The position numbers and the translations under genes were made by a program. The notes under the pieces were generated by a model. That model did no database searches. It was not told the DNA's origin and saw only the letters and a program-made list of their open reading frames with translations. Positions 37,651 to 41,607 of a stretch of 41,607 bases of DNA are shown here, one piece after another. The stretch is from a bacterium (lineage in GTDB: Bacteria > Hinthialibacterota > Hinthialibacteria > Hinthialibacterales > Hinthialibacteraceae): NCBI GenBank assembly GCA_963663405.2, contig CAXXSM010000060.1, positions 1 through 41,607 of the forward strand, written 5' to 3'. The first letter of the stretch is position 1; each line of letters starts with the position of its first letter.

Positions 37651-40131
37651 GATACGTTTCGATTTGGATAATAAGGAGGCGAAGGCTGTTTGATACGGTT
37701 TACTAAGAGACATAATCTTATTTTCGAGCAGAGACCGGTTCAAAGTGACGACTAATTCTTTTCGTTGAATCTCTTTTTCAGAGGGCAGAAACCAAGAGCC
37801 GGACTTTGTTAGATTTCCATTGATATGACCAACTAATTGATGAGTAGACTGCAATCGTATAGTGAGAAACATCCATCCCCTTTTTCGAACAGACATGTTT
37901 CCGATTCGTAGAAGGATAGACGTTTTTTCTTTGAACAGATTGTATTCAGTTGATAGATCCACTCTTTGGCTGACTTGTCGAAGGTAATATCTTGAAGGCT
38001 GAAACCAAACAATTTCTGATTCTCTTTTAATACATTTTGAATCATGGAATGCAGCAAAGTCAATTCAAGAGAATAAAAATAATTCACAAGGTATTGAGGG
38101 ATTCTAAGTCGGACGGATTTGAACATCCGGAAGGCGTCCCCCGCAAATCCATAGTCCACATAAAACACGCGTCCATACGAGGGATCTATTTTGTGACGTT
38201 CCAATTTCCTCCGGGGCAAGTTCCCATAAACCATACACCCCGTAACGGAAGTTTCAATCTTCTCAGAATCAGAATAGTCTTCCTGCCGAATGTAAACTTG
38301 TTTCAACGTAGATCCCTCGTCATGAAAACTCCATTCTTTTTTCCACTTAAGAAGTTTAAAAAGTTCCAGGCGCCTCCCGCCCGTCTATATTTCCACAAGA
38401 TTGACATAGTAAGGGCGCCAAAGAAAGATCTGATCCCGTGATAAAAAACGGTGTAATCAAAGGACGTTTATGTTCTAATTGAATCGTCCCACGTCTGTCG
38501 ATAAGCTTGAAACGTAAGCATTTCATTCGTATCGGTAGGTAACGGTTGATCGGAGGATAAAAACGTATATTCCACTGTATGACAAAAAATGAATTCTCCA
38601 TCCACGGCATGAATCGAGAGTTCCGTCAAATCAATGGTTTCAAGTTTTATCGTTTTTTCTTTGCAGTTCTCCCGGATAAGCATATACAGCCGATCCGCGA
38701 GATCCCCATAAAAGAAAATACAGCTCTTGCTTTTTGGAGAGGTAAGCTGATTCACATCAATGAGCGCATCCCATTCGGGATCGATAAACAGGGGCTCAGG
38801 GATGGACACGTTGGGCATGTATTCCACGTTTGTAGCGCTCTGATCCTGTATGTATTCCATCACTTCACATTGATGACTGAGGAGAATCGTTTGGTTCACT
38901 GGTTCTTTGATAGGACATCAACCGCCAACGCGCCAATAAATCGACGGCGCTCTCCCCTGGAATAGGAGACTGAAACAATTCCCATGGACGATAATTTGGG
39001 TTGCAATCAAAATATGAAATCAACTTCATTCCATCATTTCGAGACGCGGCGACGCTTTCGATACGTATCGTCCCGCTCGTGTCCCGGCAGGTTGTGCAGT
39101 GTTTCGGAGATAAGCACGGGATCGGTCATAAACGCCTCATCCGCCGTTTCCGGATCCCGCAGCAAATGATAGACGTACCGCAGATCGGTCAGTTCTTGGA
39201 TCCGTTTCCCCTTCGTTCATCCCCGGATATTTAATGAGAAGAGGCACACGGATCAGTTCTTCATAGACCGATTTCCATGTCCACGAATACGATGCCCGCT
39301 TCCCTAAATGTTCTCCATGATCGGCGGTTACAACAATCAAGGAATCATCCCAATATCCAAATCCCCTTCAAGGTTTTCGAAAAATATTCCAAGTTGTTTA
39401 TCCACGTGCCGTACGCAACCATCGTATTGATTCCTTTGAAATTCATACAAATTCCCCGCCGATCCATCTGGATCCCAAACATAGGGCGGGATTCAATGGT
39501 TCATGCGTATCCATTCAAATGGAGATACAGAAACAAAGGGAACGAGGCTGTCCGCAAATACTGTGTGACGTCGTGGATCACATTGACAACGTCTTTCCGT
39601 TGAAGTTTTGAATCCCCTTCATCATCCTCCAAACGTATTTTGTCTCAAACGGATCGAATCCCAGAGAGAGATAAGGATGGTTTGATACGATTGGATTTGT
39701 AACAAATCCGGCGCAAGTAATTTTCTCCTTTCTTAGTGTTTCACGCTAAGGTCTTTCTATCGGGACGGGAGAGCCCGTCTTTTTTTCGCTTTCTCGACTT
39801 CTCCAACGATCGAGGCGGGCGGGGGCGCCAGAGAATAAAGATAGCATCGTGGGCAACGTCCATGAACTCGGGGTTACGCACCAATCATACACACGAGCGG
39901 ATTGAGCGAACTTGCATCAAAGATGGTGTTGTACCCCGCGAACACCCATAGACCGACAAACGATCCGTCCGTAATGTGTCGATTACAATCAAAAGAGAGA
40001 GTGGAGGATAGGAGACCGGACGCTCACTACACCCTTTTGAAAATTACAACGAGTGAACTCGAAGCGCCTATCGCTTTTAAAAAACGTCCGCCGGTTGGTT
40101 TTTTCGCCGATTGAACAGATGATACAGACAT
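37568..40131 (-). CDS. Large sulfatase-like (alkaline phosphatase superfamily) exported protein with a long C-terminal extension; many frameshifts, exact stop unresolved
   Basis: Manual minus-strand reading: RR.FLK-like signal, LIVIDTLRTDRL..YG..R.TTP, SSWTLPTMLSLFSG, YDGCVRHVD..LG, TADHGE, YEELIRVPLLIK. ORF pieces 38468-38899, 38356-38610, 37833-38306 and 37648-37962 overlap in series and end in LRALGYI. Confidence 0.65.
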
Positions 40132-40255
40132 TAACTGAGCCCCCGCTCATTTTCTCAGCAGTGATTCGCGTATAAACAACTTACTATAGCAGTTTTTCCA
40201 CCTGCCATCATCAAGCGCTAACCATATCGTCTATTGAATATTCAGCAAACAACCA

Positions 40256-40355
40256 TCAGTTGATATATCCGAGAGCGCGCAAGGTTTCCTCACTAACTCC
40301 CTCCAATTGATCCAGCGGATTCCCTACATCGCCTTTTTCCCTCAAATGTTTATCA
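40256..40355 (-). repeat. Coding repeat copy 2 (IDKHLREKGDVGNPLDQLEGVSEETLRALGYIN*), end of a short orphan ORF or gene remnant
   Basis: Direct translation of the minus strand; TGA at 40256-40258. Confidence 0.9.
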
Positions 40356-40666
40356 ATACGCTCCATCAGTTCATTAATAGAGTTCTGTTACCCGCGGTTA
40401 AAAGTCTGCGACCGTTTTTCTTGAAGAACACGGTTAAGTTCGGCGGCCTATTTTTTAGTCGATCTTAGTTTGGGGAAGAAATCAATCACTCATTTCTGGA
40501 TTCAAAAATCCATTGACAAAGCATATTTAAAAAAAATCGGGAGATAAAGGGCGGCGGATTCTCGCATCTTATGGTCCCCGGCGGAATACCGAAACAGCCG
40601 TTGCACTTAATGACTAGCAGCAGCGCATAATACAAAGAAGTCATGGAGGGGAATGTTAACATTTTT

Positions 40667-41293
40667 TTAGGGGAATTACGCGAACAATATCTCCATAATC
40701 TAGTAAAGGCCGTTGCAGACAGATTGTAATACCACCTGGAGTACGTATGTTCATGGTCGGGTCCAACGCTGACGACGTAGCGTCCGTTGGCCACATTCCG
40801 CTGCGCTTTTGTATGTTGGGTGGGATCGTCGATAAACCGCAGCGTCAAGTCGTCGCTGCTTCCCCGTTTAGGAATTGTATCAAGGGTTGGACAGCCCCAA
40901 GAAGCAGAGCCGCCGCAGGTATAAAAGGGCTCAGGATGTAATTCCATTTGATTCGATACATTCGACATGGATTTGGTAACCGCCAATGGACCGGGTTTGA
41001 AATATGTCAGTAGGAACTTGCCGATATAGGCTATGGGGGTCGTTTAAACCGTTCAGCCATACATTATAGCGGTGTTCGGATCGTGCAACGCGTATACCCC
41101 CCCAATCTATTCGGTATGACTCAAAGGCGGTCGACAGCGCCCGGATGCCCGATTCCACTTGTGCGATTTTTGCGCGGGTTTGAGCGTTCAAAAAATTCGG
41201 TACGGCAATGGCTTGCAGAGAATGCCGATGATGAGCTACAACGATCAGTAACTCAATTAAAGTAAATCCATTCCGTTTCACGGATCCAATCAT
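40667..41293 (-). CDS. Second prepilin-type N-terminal methylation domain protein; frameshifted
   Basis: NG/FTLIELLIVVA, IAVPNFLNAQTRAKIA, SVGPD, C-terminal GDIVRVIP. Confidence 0.85.
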
Positions 41294-41499
41294 CTCCTTT
41301 TTTTTCAATATTATCCGCCATGAAATTCATTCACACAACAATATTACGTTTTTCGCAATCGTAACATCATTGCATGACCATTCAAGGGGAAAGAGTTTTT
41401 AAAGAGATTTTAATTCCGCGTGTATAATTCAAAGTCAAAATTGATAGGAGGAATTGTATATGGTGAGATTTATATATTGCTTGTACCGAACATAGCTAA

Positions 41500-41607
41500 T
41501 TAATTAATGTACCCCAACGCGCGCAGGGTCTCCTCGCTGACTCCCCTTCAATTGATCCAGTGGATTTCCTACATCTCCTTTTTCCGTCAAATGTTTATCT
41601 CAATTCG
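41500..41607 (-). repeat. Coding repeat copy 3: 3' end of a gene running off the window (DKHLTEKGDVGNPLDQL.GVSEETLRALGYIN*)
   Basis: Direct translation with one indel; TAA at 41500-41502. Confidence 0.88.

Noticed and set aside
37568-41598. Three ~80-bp repeats as CRISPR, REP or attC elements
   Set aside because: Spacing is kilobases and irregular, they are not palindromic, and differences fall mostly at synonymous codon positions, so they are protein-coding repeats.

Overview
Bacterial chromosomal window. I saw no rRNA, tRNA, CRISPR array or transposase. Left to right: (1) the 3' end of an anaerobic electron-transfer operon (NrfD/HybB-type membrane protein apparently fused to a tetraheme cytochrome c, a sensor-less histidine kinase, a receiver-only regulator), then Mrp/NBP35, a TsaA/TrmO-fold protein with a signal peptide, an FmdB zinc ribbon and a radical SAM protein; (2) a Tat-exported Gfo/Idh/MocA oxidoreductase; (3) an AT-rich patch of intact and broken toxin-antitoxin genes plus a stand-alone Mrr N-terminal domain; (4) an orphan lipoprotein secretin divergent from a triple-repeat protein/subtilase/sugar-binding protein/methyltransferase run, then a pilin-like gene; (5) two back-to-back ECF sigma/anti-sigma/accessory-protein modules; (6) topoisomerase III, an SBBP beta-propeller protein and a GT-C glycosyltransferase; (7) from about 32.2 kb on, heavily frameshifted genes, probably read errors (Tat protein, SGNH hydrolase, IorA/IorB-like molybdoenzyme, a sulfatase-like protein, a second pilin), with three copies of a C-terminal 'GDVGNPLDQLEGVSEETLRALGYI' tail. 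The best candidate for an undescribed system is the first ECF module. Its FecR domain appears split across two genes: the anti-sigma stops just after the conserved GTxF motif, and the missing C-terminal strands (VSVDEGGVNV...LNAGESAQV) sit at the N-terminus of the next gene, a 1227-aa membrane-anchored protein of about 10-12 carboxypeptidase-regulatory-like repeats with its own strong RBS. All family calls come from motif recognition by eye, not from database searches.
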